Under the pieces are notes generated by a model, which had not been told where the DNA came from, did no database searches, and saw nothing but the letters and a program-made list of their open reading frames with translations. A stretch of DNA of 64,000 nt, taken from positions 3,023-67,022 of the IMG/VR virus record IMGVR_UViG_2926493430_000001; one strand, 5' to 3'. The translations under genes and the position numbers were made by a program. This stretch comes from a virus. Taxonomy: Duplodnaviria > Caudoviricetes. This document shows positions 1-10,536 of this stretch, in pieces (positions within the stretch are counted from its first letter, which is position 1; each line of letters begins with the position of its first letter).

Positions 1-675
1 AAAGGATTGTAATTGCTTTTCTAAATAAAGTTGTTCTTGCATGTTTTCCTCTAGGCTATCCCGCTCCTGTTGGAGGATTTCCTGTTCATAGATGAGGTGT
101 CTTAATGTAGCATCATAAATGGCATCCTTGGTGGCCGATTCCTTGGCAGCCAAGCCACTGATGCGATCGGTAATGGCTTCAATTTTCGTGTTCAACTCCT
201 CTAGCCTCTGTTGTTCCGGTGGCGAGAGGGATGCCTTTTCAATGGCCTGTTGCGCTTCCTCTATTACTTCATGGAGGTTTTCCTTCATTTCTCTTATTAT
301 TTTCATAAATGCATTTTCAAGGTCTGTCTCATGAACATAGCTCGTTTTGCATTCCGTGTAGTCTGGGTCTCGTCCTGCGGTCACTCGGCATTGCCAAGCA
401 GAAATGTAATACTTCTCTCCTTTCCTCGATGAAGTCATACGTCTTCTTATGGCTGGTCTTCCACATTCCCCACAATAAAACTGATTAGAAAATGGGCTGA
501 CACTACTAAAATGTTGGCGATATTTTTCATCGGGATCCTTCATCATCAGCCTTCGCCTTTTCATTTCTTGTTGAACTGCTTCAAAAGTTTCTTCGCTAAT
601 AATCGCTGGGTGAGTATTCTTCACAAAATACTGTGGTTGGATATCGTTGTTGCGAACGCGTTTGTGAGATAAAAA
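1..675 (-). pseudogene. 5'-truncated large serine recombinase fragment (paralog of the C-terminal half at 6757-7947), running off the window edge
   Basis: DNA visibly similar to ~6929-7603; minus frame reads FLSHKRVRNNDIQPQYFVKNTHPAIISEETFEAVQQEMKRR...FYCGECGRP; similarity stops abruptly near 676 and no catalytic domain is present. Confidence 0.85.
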
Positions 676-871
676 CGCCGTGAGGCTGGATGGATAAAAA
701 TACGCAAAATATAGATTAAAATATCCGAGTTTCTTCTATTATATAGAGCGATATTTCTTAGGATTTTCTTGTTTCAGCTCTCATTCTGCTTTAGTTAATT
801 AAATAGCTATAAAACAAAAAAAATTGCCCACCACGTATTGTGATGAGCATACTTTTAAACTTTAACTATGA

Positions 872-2224
872 CTACTGTTCACTAGTTTCTCCTTCATCTG
901 ATCCACCTTTTTCCTTAAAGAACTCAGCTAATTCCATGCCTTCCTCCTCAGCTATTGCCCTAAACTCATAAATGAATCTCGGACTCCTTTCCATAAAGCT
1001 TTCCATCCTACTATACAAATCCCCAAACATATAACTTTTAAATAAAATATTTAACTCACTTACAACTTTTGCATCCAAAGGATTATTTTCTAAGTAGTAT
1101 ACAATTTTCTTGCCATTACTATTGGCAAATTGATAGCCAGTATATACTTTATTTAAATCTCCACTTTCAAACAAGGTATCTTTAATTATTTTAAAGAAAT
1201 CATGTTTCCGTAATACCCTTGCTTGATCTTCATCTGGATAAGCTCCATTTTTTAGTTGCCTAGATAATTTTCTAACAAATGTCTGTCTCTCCTCTTCTGG
1301 AATAACACCACTTGTTAGTAAGGTTATAGCTAATTCCCAAAAAACATGATTAAAATTGCCTATATCTTTGAAAAGAAGTTCTCTCCAGAATACTCTGATT
1401 AACTCCTCTTTACCCAAACACAAGGTAAGTCTATCGGGAAACGTTTCAACGAATTGAGTAAATACATCTTTATCAGATGTAATAAATTCAACAAATGACT
1501 CTACTATATCTCTGTTTTCTGAGTAAGCAATCGCTCTCCAAAATTCGGTTTCTTGCTTTTTCCTACCAAAAAGGGATAAATTCACATAATCATTATAAAT
1601 GTCTTTAAGTAACTCTTTTAATTCATCTTTTTTGACAACTAAGGGAATTTCTTTTATAAGGTATGTGAAATCAGAATTAGGCTTAGTATAAGTAGGATCA
1701 AAGTGTTTTTTTATTTTCTCTAATAAAGCCTGTTTCCCACCATTTACAATAAATTTTGAAAGGTTAGATCTTAGAAATAGCCAAAACATTTCTACATGAC
1801 TATGACCAATTATAGTATCTTTGGCATGTGCGCACTCATTTCTTTTCCTTCTCCAAAATGGGATTTCTTCAATGATATCGTTAGTTATTAAAAATACCTT
1901 ACTTTGTACTTCTTCGCTTTCATCGATTTTCTTTTTCATTTGTATTGCTTGGATGACAGCCTCCTCCCACTTTCTATCATCTTTTAATCTATTAACTAAA
2001 TTGTTCCAAACCCCTTCTTCGTCTTTCATCAACTCCGGGATTTCACTTCTTAATAAACGATCTTTTATGGTTTTGAAAAATCCTAGATAAGACATAATAT
2101 ATGCTGCACGAAATGCCCCGACTCTATAACACATAATAGATTCATTAAATAAAATTTTTGCGTCTTCTGATACATCTTGTTCTTTAATCCAGTTTTCGAA
2201 GTAAATCTCCATAATTCCCTCCAA
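872..2224 (-). CDS. Hypothetical protein with N-terminal HEPN-like domain (candidate defence RNase)
   Basis: 450-aa ORF; helical N-terminus (ESIMCYRVGAFRAA) and Rx4H motif RNECAH. Confidence 0.55.
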   Translation of the reverse strand: MEGIMEIYFENWIKEQDVSEDAKILFNESIMCYRVGAFRAAYIMSYLGFFKTIKDRLLRSEIPELMKDEEGVWNNLVNRLKDDRKWEEAVIQAIQMKKKIDESEEVQSKVFLITNDIIEEIPFWRRKRNECAHAKDTIIGHSHVEMFWLFLRSNLSKFIVNGGKQALLEKIKKHFDPTYTKPNSDFTYLIKEIPLVVKKDELKELLKDIYNDYVNLSLFGRKKQETEFWRAIAYSENRDIVESFVEFITSDKDVFTQFVETFPDRLTLCLGKEELIRVFWRELLFKDIGNFNHVFWELAITLLTSGVIPEEERQTFVRKLSRQLKNGAYPDEDQARVLRKHDFFKIIKDTLFESGDLNKVYTGYQFANSNGKKIVYYLENNPLDAKVVSELNILFKSYMFGDLYSRMESFMERSPRFIYEFRAIAEEEGMELAEFFKEKGGSDEGETSEQ

Positions 2225-2316
2225 CTAATATTTTTATAAAAATTCTCGTTTAACCACGATATTACAACCCATCTAAAGAAAAGAGCATTACATCATTTAG
2301 TAATGCCCCACTTAAT

Positions 2317-2886
2317 TTATTCAATATTGTGTTGATCTAAAAATTCTCGTATCTGATTTGCCTCCTGTTCAGTCAAATGAGCGAATCTATCTGTGTTTGC
2401 CCATTTTAACATCCTTCTTCTTATATCCCTTTGACCATAAACATCATAGCGTCTTTCTTGATAAACATATATTAAATTCCTTGTTAACGAAATGAGAACC
2501 GCTACCAATAATCCACTTAATGAAAGTATCTCAGCCCAATAATCAACATTTGGTATTATCGGCAGTATCACTAAAACAATAACAAAAGACCCTATAATGG
2601 TTGCTGCAAAGGTTGTTGAAGAATCTTGTAATGTAGGTTTTGACGATACCATTATTGTGATAACACCGATAGTCAAAAATACTAGCGAAGATGCAAAGGA
2701 ACTGTTTTTATCAGGGTCTAAGAATGAAAAGAAAATTAGAACCGACAAAATTCCAGCTACTACTATTAATACCCTTAAATCCCAAGATAGAGATCTCCAA
2801 AATTCACCCATATACATGCACCTCCCTATATTTTCCAATTTTAGCAAACCTATTAAATATATGTTCTCGCAGGTTTTATCGACCAA
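2317..2886 (-). CDS. Integral membrane protein, about 4 TM helices (true start probably ~2816/2810)
   Basis: Four hydrophobic stretches in the translation; GGAGG precedes MYMGEFW. Confidence 0.65.
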   Translation of the reverse strand: MVDKTCENIYLIGLLKLENIGRCMYMGEFWRSLSWDLRVLIVVAGILSVLIFFSFLDPDKNSSFASSLVFLTIGVITIMVSSKPTLQDSSTTFAATIIGSFVIVLVILPIIPNVDYWAEILSLSGLLVAVLISLTRNLIYVYQERRYDVYGQRDIRRRMLKWANTDRFAHLTEQEANQIREFLDQHNIE

Positions 2887-3008
2887 TACTCCTATTATTC
2901 TACAACATTTAACACATCTTGCGGTTAAATTTCCCAGTTATTTTTACTAACTAATTCAAAAAAAATAAACCCATCAAGTGGCCACTAGCCTACTCAATGG
3001 GTACCTAA

Positions 3009-6000
3009 TTAATAGTTATGTTTTTTTATCCGGTAATGAAACACTTCTCTGGTTCCACCCTTTTCCGGTGCTTTGAATCTTTCTAGCTTACCTTGCTTCA
3101 TTAAAGGTCTCAAAATAACTTGGAAGATGTGCGAATCAGAAATGACCATCCGCTCATTCATAAAACGTACAATCTCTTTAAGATCCTTTGGCTCCTCGCA
3201 AAATACTAACAGCTCCTCCACCTCAGGCCCTTTGAGTAATGCCTCATGTTTTTCCTTCGTTTTCTGCTTCTTTTGCTGGCTTTTTAACTTGACATAATCA
3301 GCATAGGTTTCCGGCATTTCTTGTTCCAGTTCAAATATGAGATGGTAGGTGACCTTTCCATCTTTACACACTTCTGCTCGACTAATGAATTCTTGAAACA
3401 AATCGTCAGGAAAGTCCTCGCTTGCTCCTTCCACATGCTTTTTCACCTTTTTCATGATTTCCTTAAACATTTTTCTCTCATGTTCCACACGTCTTTCTCG
3501 TTCACTAAAGTGTTTCAGTCGGTCATGCAACTCCACCAGTTCTTCTGTCAGCTTATCCACCAGCTGAGTGTTTTGGCCGTTTTCATGAATACCCTCTTCT
3601 ACAGCTTTATACAAGTCTTGGTTTTGTTTTTCCACTCTTTCTTGCAAATCTATTTTTTCCTGCTTCTCTTCCTCTGTTAATTCCAATCTATTAATCCAAT
3701 GCAAGACGTCATTTTTAAAATTAGGGTCCGCATGAATTTGGTTTAAAAAGCGGATGAAGTTCCACTCTAAATAATCCTGGCGAATACGCCTTGTATCGCA
3801 TCGTTCAGTTCTATATCTCTGATCATGGCGACAGCACACCCAGAAGTGCGTTTCCATTGGTTTTTTCCATCGTCTCTCTACATGCCGTCTATGCCCCATC
3901 AAATATCCACATTCACCACAATACAGTTTTTCAATAAAAGCTTCATTTTTCATTTCATCTTTTTCATACTTCCGATGTCCATCTTTGATAAATCCTTTTT
4001 TCCGTTCTTCTAAAATATCCTGAACCCGTTCCCAGTCCTTTGGCTTAATGATCGGCTCATGATGATTTTCAATATAATACTGTGGTTCCTCCCCCTGATT
4101 ACGGATGACCTTGGATTGTAGTGTATCGACTGTCACATGTTTTTGAAATAAATAATCGCCTTTATATACTTCATTTGTTAACATTGCCATCACTGATTTA
4201 GGATTCCAATAGTCTTTTCCTGTCGCTGTTTTAATCCCATCACCGGCTAAGTCTTCACATATTTTATTAACGGTTTTCCCTCTCAACACTTCCCTAAAAA
4301 TACGTTTGATGATTTTGGCTTGCTCTGGCTGGATATGCCACCGATATTCATCGTCCACCCAATATCCATACGTAGCCTTTTTCCACCGGATAATTCCTCG
4401 TTTGGCCTGACTCCGATGTCCCCAAGCAATGCTCCTCCCAACATTCATGACTTCTTCTTGGGCGATGGCACCGTAGATGGACATCATCAACTCTGATTGG
4501 GGGTCTGACGTCCAGATGTTCTCCTTCTCAAAATAAATATAAACAGGGGTTGGGAGTTGTTTCAGGTGTCGTGCAATGGAAAGGGTATCTAATGCATTCC
4601 GGCTAAAGCGAGAAATGGACTTTGTGATGATGACGTTAACAAGTCCTCGTTCACAATCCTTCAAGAGTTGGTTTAATTGATCTCGCTTTTCCAAGGAACG
4701 CCCTGTGATTCCTTCATCTGCGTAGATACCCGCAAATTCATAGGATGGGTCTTTCAGAATGAGATACGTATAATATGCTACCTGAGTTTTCATGCTTGTT
4801 TTCTGTTCTAAGCGATCGGTTGAAACCCTACAGTAAGCAGCTGTCTTGAGTGTTTTTTTACTTTTTTGCAAATGATCAGGCTTTTCATTTCCTATCCGTG
4901 CATTCTCAATCGTTTCAAGAATGGCCTTCCCCTCACCTGGTTCTATCTTTTGTACTTCTCGCTCAACCATAGTATTCACTTCTTTTTCCCTCTTCTCTTT
5001 TAAAGCCCCATGTTCATCGAGAAGGGTCAGTTCATGATTCACCTCCTTCTTGGGGCTAACTTTTTTCTTTGGTTTATTTTTCTGGGTTGAATGAATGGAT
5101 TTGCTTTCAGATAATTGACCAACCATCAAGCTTGTCCCATCAAACCATTCAACTTGATAGTTTTTTTCATTTTCTATCGTGATTTGATGAATCCATGCAC
5201 GTAAGTATTCCGTCGTTACGTTTTGATGGAACTCTTCCATAGACTGTAGTTTGTCTAGCCATTCCAATGTCTTCAGACGAAAAGGACGGTCATCTTCTAT
5301 TTGAGCAACCTGTTTTTCAAACGCTTGATATTCTTTTTCTAAGGCATTTATCTTTTCTGGATCCTCATTACTTTCCTTTGCTATCTCCAATTCCGTTAAC
5401 CATTTCAACCGATGAAATTCAAAATGGTCCTGCTGATTGGTCGCTTTAAGTTCTTTCTGCAACTGGGCAAGACTATCCGATTGATTCAATTCATATTTTA
5501 TGCTCATCGCTTGTAATGCCATATGTTTTAATTGCTCTTCATTTATGTTTGGAGCATCGCATGTTTTGGCATTACTCGAAGCACACTTCCAGTAGTCAAT
5601 TCTAGGACTAGGGAAAAATTTATATCGATATCCACAAGCATGGCAAATGAGCTTTTGGGAGAATGCCGGTCGATTTCTCTTCGTTGGTATTCCTGTATTT
5701 CTTTTGTTGCTTTCTATACGCCTCTGCACTTCATCAAAAACTTCCCGACTGATGATTGGAGGGTGGGTGTTTTCTATCTCAATCTCCTCACGATCGTGAT
5801 AAGTCATTTTGTGAGTGAAAAGATCTCTGGTCGCAGTTCTTGCCATCATATTTCCCGTGTATGTGTAAGTCATTAGCATTTTTTTGATATTGGAAGCCAA
5901 CCATCTATCTTTTCCGTTAGCTGTTTTAATCCCTTGTCTGTATAATTCTCTTGTAATTTCAGCCCTCGACCACCCTTGTAGAAACCAATCAAAAATGTTA

Positions 6001-6635
6001 CGAACAACCGCCGCTTCTTGCTCATTAATCTCAAGTGTATTTCCTGACTCCCCTCGAACTAGGTTATAGCCATATAGCCTAGAGAATTTAGCTTCACCTT
6101 TTTGAAACTTTTTCTCGTATCCCCATTTTGTAGAGGTAGATAGGTTCTCGATTTCTTCTTGAGCAAGGGCTGCATAGGTGGTGAGTAAAAATTGATTAAA
6201 CGTAATTGATGTATCAATTTGTTCCTTTTCAAAGTAGATCCCCACATTTTTAGCTTTTAGATCCTCTACTATTTCCATCAAATGTTCTGCATTTCTCGTT
6301 AGGCGAGATACATCTTTTGTTAGAATGTAATCGACTCTACCTTCGTCGCAATGGCGTAGCAATCGCTGTAGTCCTCGTTGCTTTTTAGCATTACTACCGC
6401 TTGTGCCACTATCAAAATACACACCTACAAACTTCCAATTTGGTTTACTTCTAATTAAGTGAGTATAGTGATGTACCTGATTCTCCAGTGAGCGAATCTG
6501 ATTCTCAAAGTCGGTACTCACTCGACAATAAGCTGCGACTTTAACTTGCTTGTCTCCAAGGAGTGGGCTTTCCTCTCTTTCCTTGACTGGATCCCATAAG
6601 GTACGGACCCACATACCTTTTTGAAATTCATTCAT
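3009..6635 (-). CDS. Double large serine recombinase (two tandem resolvase-recombinase-zinc ribbon units), ~1208 aa
   Basis: Two AAYCRVST catalytic motifs, two SRL/SRF motifs, CxxC zinc ribbons (CHACG, CGECG); start placed at MNEFQKG after AAAGAGG. Confidence 0.9.
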   Translation of the reverse strand: MNEFQKGMWVRTLWDPVKEREESPLLGDKQVKVAAYCRVSTDFENQIRSLENQVHHYTHLIRSKPNWKFVGVYFDSGTSGSNAKKQRGLQRLLRHCDEGRVDYILTKDVSRLTRNAEHLMEIVEDLKAKNVGIYFEKEQIDTSITFNQFLLTTYAALAQEEIENLSTSTKWGYEKKFQKGEAKFSRLYGYNLVRGESGNTLEINEQEAAVVRNIFDWFLQGWSRAEITRELYRQGIKTANGKDRWLASNIKKMLMTYTYTGNMMARTATRDLFTHKMTYHDREEIEIENTHPPIISREVFDEVQRRIESNKRNTGIPTKRNRPAFSQKLICHACGYRYKFFPSPRIDYWKCASSNAKTCDAPNINEEQLKHMALQAMSIKYELNQSDSLAQLQKELKATNQQDHFEFHRLKWLTELEIAKESNEDPEKINALEKEYQAFEKQVAQIEDDRPFRLKTLEWLDKLQSMEEFHQNVTTEYLRAWIHQITIENEKNYQVEWFDGTSLMVGQLSESKSIHSTQKNKPKKKVSPKKEVNHELTLLDEHGALKEKREKEVNTMVEREVQKIEPGEGKAILETIENARIGNEKPDHLQKSKKTLKTAAYCRVSTDRLEQKTSMKTQVAYYTYLILKDPSYEFAGIYADEGITGRSLEKRDQLNQLLKDCERGLVNVIITKSISRFSRNALDTLSIARHLKQLPTPVYIYFEKENIWTSDPQSELMMSIYGAIAQEEVMNVGRSIAWGHRSQAKRGIIRWKKATYGYWVDDEYRWHIQPEQAKIIKRIFREVLRGKTVNKICEDLAGDGIKTATGKDYWNPKSVMAMLTNEVYKGDYLFQKHVTVDTLQSKVIRNQGEEPQYYIENHHEPIIKPKDWERVQDILEERKKGFIKDGHRKYEKDEMKNEAFIEKLYCGECGYLMGHRRHVERRWKKPMETHFWVCCRHDQRYRTERCDTRRIRQDYLEWNFIRFLNQIHADPNFKNDVLHWINRLELTEEEKQEKIDLQERVEKQNQDLYKAVEEGIHENGQNTQLVDKLTEELVELHDRLKHFSERERRVEHERKMFKEIMKKVKKHVEGASEDFPDDLFQEFISRAEVCKDGKVTYHLIFELEQEMPETYADYVKLKSQQKKQKTKEKHEALLKGPEVEELLVFCEEPKDLKEIVRFMNERMVISDSHIFQVILRPLMKQGKLERFKAPEKGGTREVFHYRIKKHNY

Positions 6636-6756
6636 AATAAAAACCTCTTTCCTATAAGTGATAATGGTTCGTGTCCATCTATCACTCACATCCCGAGAAC
6701 TTTCAAGTTCTTTTTCCGGGTGGAAAGAGGTTTATGTTTATTCGTTTATATTAAGC

Positions 6757-8013
6757 TTATTTCTTTTTTGGTACCTTTCGTTCACTTGCAAAAATGGTCC
6801 GTTTCACTCCGCATTTAAATTGAAATTCAACCATCCGCTCTTTGTAGATAATGCCTCGCTCAACTGTATTTTTGAAAAGCTTCACATCAAAATCCTCTAG
6901 TTTCTCAGTTTCTTCTAATGAGTCTAGGAAGGATTGGAATTGCTTTTCTAAATAAAGTTGTTCTTGCATGTTGTCCTCCAGGCTGTCCCGCTCCTGTTGA
7001 AGAATCTCTTGTTCGTAAATCAAGTGCCTCAATGTTGCGTCGTAGATGGCGTCGTTTGTCGTAGACTCCTTTGCAGCCAAATCACTTATGCGGTCAGCAA
7101 TTGCCTCAATTTGTGTATTCAACTCTTCCAATCGTTGCTGTTCCGACGGCAAGAGGGATGCCTTTTTAATGGCTTGTTCCGCTTCTTGCTTTACTTCATC
7201 AAGGTTTTCTTTCAATTCCCTCATTATTTTCATGAAGGCATTTTCTAAATCCGTTTCTTGGACATAGCTTGTTTTACAGCCCTTGTAGTCTGGATCTCTT
7301 CCTGCGCTCACTCTGCATTGCCAACCAGAAATGTAATACTTCTTCCCTTTCCTGCTTGAGGTCATCCTTCTTCGTATGACCGGCCTTCCACATTCCCCGC
7401 AAAAGAATTCGTTGGAAAATGGGCTAACTCCACTATAGTGTTGCCGATACTTTTTATCTGGGTCCCGCATCATCAAACTTCGCCTTTTCATTTCTTGCTG
7501 AGCTGCTTCGAATGTTTCCTCGCTGATAATGGCTGGGTGGGTGTTCTTAACGAAATATTGCGGTTGAATATCTGTGTTGCGTACCCTTTTATGCGATAAA
7601 AAATCGAGCGTGACGGTCTTCTGTGCTAAGCAATGTCCTTGGTACTTCTCTTGTCTCAAGATTTTGTAGACCGAATCTCCCGTCCACGTTTTATTTCCCT
7701 TCCCTGTCTTTAACCCATCTCTCATTAAATCTCTAGCAATGCTTGGACAACCTTTTCCTTCTAAAAACTCTCGGAAAATTCTCCTAACCACCTTTGCCTG
7801 TTCTTCGATGATGACTATTTCTCCATCCTCAGTTGTGTCATAACCTAGGAAAAACGTGGTTGGCATATGAACTATTCCTTGTTGAAATCTCTTCTGTACT
7901 CCCCATTTTGTGTTTTCACTTACGCTACGGCTTTCTTCCTGTGCCATCGACGATAAGATGGTTAAGAAAAGCTCTGACTTTGAATCCAGTGTGTCGATAT
8001 TCTCTTTCTCGAA
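6757..8013 (-). pseudogene. 3' part of the interrupted serine recombinase gene (FEKENIDTLDSKSELFLTILSSMAQEESRS...)
   Basis: Frame extends upstream of the ORF-track Met (7947) to the core repeat at 8006-8013; lacks the catalytic Ser region. Confidence 0.93.
8006..8013. repeat. Satellite att core TTCTCGAA, left copy
   Basis: Identical to 22321-22328; coincides exactly with the recombinase breakpoint. Confidence 0.9.
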
Positions 8014-8129
8014 CCGTAAAAAGTAGTTTCGTAGTGTTTAAGAACGTGCCTGAAACCCGCATAAAATCGGGGTTTGTTGAAAGTTGATTGTGTATCGTAC
8101 ATTTTCGTTTTGGTCTTTATTGCAAATTA

Positions 8130-8147
8130 AAACACCGGATAAACACC
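8130..8147 (+). promoter_or_regulatory. Putative integrase arm-type sites (AAACACC x2, 11-bp period), left end
   Basis: The same pair with the same 11-bp period occurs at 22239-22256. Confidence 0.6.
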
Positions 8148-8272
8148 AACTATTTCTCTTAAAGTACACTTTTCTATAAAAAATGTGCTGCAAGGGATTT
8201 TTTAGCCTTACAGCACACTCGATTTTGCGTAGTGTACCCGCTTGGAGCACACTAATCAAAATATTTAAATAT

Positions 8273-9010
8273 CTAAATTTCTATAATCAAAGCCGCATGA
8301 TCTGTCTTGTCATTGTTTAATAAATATGAATCTATACGTATACTATTTAAACATTCGTACAATGATGGGGACATAATTGCATAATCAAGGCGTCTTCCTT
8401 TAATATGTGTCATCGTTGAGTTTGGGTAGCCTTTTTCCAACCAAGCATCTTTAGCATTTAATGCCAATAGTTGTAAATACTTTTTCTTTTGTTCTGTCCC
8501 CAAATCGTATACATTATAATCCCCAATAATAACAAGTTTTTGTCCTTGCTTTTCTTTATAGAAGTCAATTAATTCCTCCCAAAAGTTATTATCATAAGTT
8601 GGTGGAACATGAACACCGTAAACGATACAATCTGCTACTTTTATAACACTAGCTCTAAGAGTTTTGTTACTTTTTGAATTATGTGGATTTACAAGTTTTG
8701 TGTATAACAGTTCTTTCTTTACAAACATAATAGTTATGGACGGATTCTTAAAATTATTTTTTTCATAAGGGACTATCTCATAATCAACTTCTTTCATACA
8801 ACCAATAAACTTTTCTGTAATTTCTGTGTTTAATTCAAATTCATGTAGTATTACAATAACTGGCTTCTCTTGTTGTATATATGCAAGTATTTCAGTAGCT
8901 TCACTAGTTTTATCAAGTGTACCCCATTCTGAATATTTATTTTCCTTCTTGTATTGTTCTTTAGATTTTAAGCCACCAAAGTTATTAATATTTAAACTTA
9001 ATATTTTCAT
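8273..9010 (-). CDS. Endonuclease/exonuclease/phosphatase (EEP) family protein
   Basis: MKILSLNINN start, IIGDYN, RLDYAI and terminal TDH motifs; GGAGG before ATG 9010. Confidence 0.85.
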   Translation of the reverse strand: MKILSLNINNFGGLKSKEQYKKENKYSEWGTLDKTSEATEILAYIQQEKPVIVILHEFELNTEITEKFIGCMKEVDYEIVPYEKNNFKNPSITIMFVKKELLYTKLVNPHNSKSNKTLRASVIKVADCIVYGVHVPPTYDNNFWEELIDFYKEKQGQKLVIIGDYNVYDLGTEQKKKYLQLLALNAKDAWLEKGYPNSTMTHIKGRRLDYAIMSPSLYECLNSIRIDSYLLNNDKTDHAALIIEI

Positions 9011-9063
9011 TAGTATCCTCCCGTTTATATCTCCATTATCCTTAATTCTACTAATCTTCATTT

Positions 9064-10431
9064 CTACATCACATCATCCAAGGCTTGACTGATAGCACTG
9101 GCTACCTTTTCGGCTGTTGCATTGTAGACATGGGCGTAAATATCCTCTGTGGTCTTTGTGTTGGAATGCCCTAGATGCTCTGAGATGAACTTGACCGGTA
9201 CTCCAGCATTGATGAGTAGTGAAGCATTCGCATGCCTCAAGTCGTGAACGTGTAAGTCTGGCAAGTCATGCTTCTTCAGTAGTTTCTTCAGCGTGGCATT
9301 TAGATAAACCCCACTGATGTATTCTCCTTCCATGCCGGTTACCACCGCTCCTCGTTCAATCCATTTTGACCCTAGCGACTCTTTGTATTCTTCTTGCCAC
9401 TTTTTATGCTCTTCTAAAATGGTAATGAGTTCAGCGGGTATCGCAATCATCCTTAAACTTGATTTGGTCTTTGGCGTTGACAACTTGTACTGCCCATCTG
9501 CTCGGTAAAGGGTATAGCGTACATGAAGGGTTCCCCTTTCCAAATCAACATCTTTCCAGTGAAGCCCACAAAGTTCCCCCGACCGCATGCCTGTGTACAT
9601 CAGTGTGGTCAGTGCCACTCTCGCATTATTGTTGGGTACCTCTTCTAAATATTTTAGAAGCTGCTTGCATTGTTTATCATCAAGAAACAGTTTTTCTTTT
9701 TCTGTCCCCCTTGGTGAAGTCGCATGTACTACTGGGTTCTTCCATATAATATCTTTCTTAAGTGCGGTGCTAAAAATGGATGATGTTGCGGTTCTGACTC
9801 TGGCAATAGAAGTGCTATCTATCCCTCTGTCCTTTTCGGGTCTTTCTTCTTCGACAAACAGATCATTCAGCTTTTTGCCAAATGCCACTGCAATCTTCTC
9901 GGCGGTTGCCTTGGACACCCGACCGCCTCTTGCTGCTGTTTTAATGGTACCTAGGGAAAGACCAGCCTTTCTTGCAGTGGGCCTTCTTGTCCCATCACCA
10001 AGCAATGATGGTTCTTTCATGATATAGAACCTGCTGATTTTCCCTCGCTTGTGGAGATGGTTCAGCATTTCATCAATTCGTGCGGTGGTAATGTCCTTGA
10101 GTTTCAAATGTCCAATGTATGGCAGGACATAACTCTTCATCAATTCCTTATTGGTATACAGTGTTCTTTCCTTTAATTTGTGTGGTGCGATCTGTTCAAA
10201 GTACCATTCGCATAGCTCGGAAAACCGCATGTTCTCATTGAAGTTTGTCATTCCCATGCATTTCTTCTCAAATTCATAAGCAAAGGCTGTAGCTAGTTTT
10301 TCCGCTTTTTTCTCCGTGACATTGGGCGGTGGTGTAAATGTCGTAGTCTTTCTGATTTGCTTGCCTTCCATATTGTAGCCAAGAGAAACCATGATTCTAT
10401 AGGTATCTCCCCGCTTTTTGATACTTGGCAT
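9064..10431 (-). CDS. Tyrosine integrase of the satellite
   Basis: MRSGE, HDLRH, LGH and IYAH catalytic motifs; N-terminal arm-binding-like domain. Confidence 0.95.
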   Translation of the reverse strand: MPSIKKRGDTYRIMVSLGYNMEGKQIRKTTTFTPPPNVTEKKAEKLATAFAYEFEKKCMGMTNFNENMRFSELCEWYFEQIAPHKLKERTLYTNKELMKSYVLPYIGHLKLKDITTARIDEMLNHLHKRGKISRFYIMKEPSLLGDGTRRPTARKAGLSLGTIKTAARGGRVSKATAEKIAVAFGKKLNDLFVEEERPEKDRGIDSTSIARVRTATSSIFSTALKKDIIWKNPVVHATSPRGTEKEKLFLDDKQCKQLLKYLEEVPNNNARVALTTLMYTGMRSGELCGLHWKDVDLERGTLHVRYTLYRADGQYKLSTPKTKSSLRMIAIPAELITILEEHKKWQEEYKESLGSKWIERGAVVTGMEGEYISGVYLNATLKKLLKKHDLPDLHVHDLRHANASLLINAGVPVKFISEHLGHSNTKTTEDIYAHVYNATAEKVASAISQALDDVM

Positions 10432-10477
10432 TTCATTTCCTCCTTCCTAGAGAGAATTCATTTCTCTTATGGTATCT

Positions 10478-10504
10478 ATCACTCTAACGGTGTTATAAAG
10501 CAAG
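10478..10504 (-). promoter_or_regulatory. Conserved promoter-like motif (ATCACTC-N14-AGCAAG on +) upstream of the satellite integrase
   Basis: Same motif and spacing at 16317, 17269, 24487, 41380 and 42625. Confidence 0.7.
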
Positions 10505-10536
10505 TATATAAACACCAAAATGTGCGGTTATTTTCT

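Noticed and set aside
6757-7947. 396-aa ORF as an independent gene
   Set aside because: No RBS at the internal Met and no catalytic domain; it is the 3' half of the split gene
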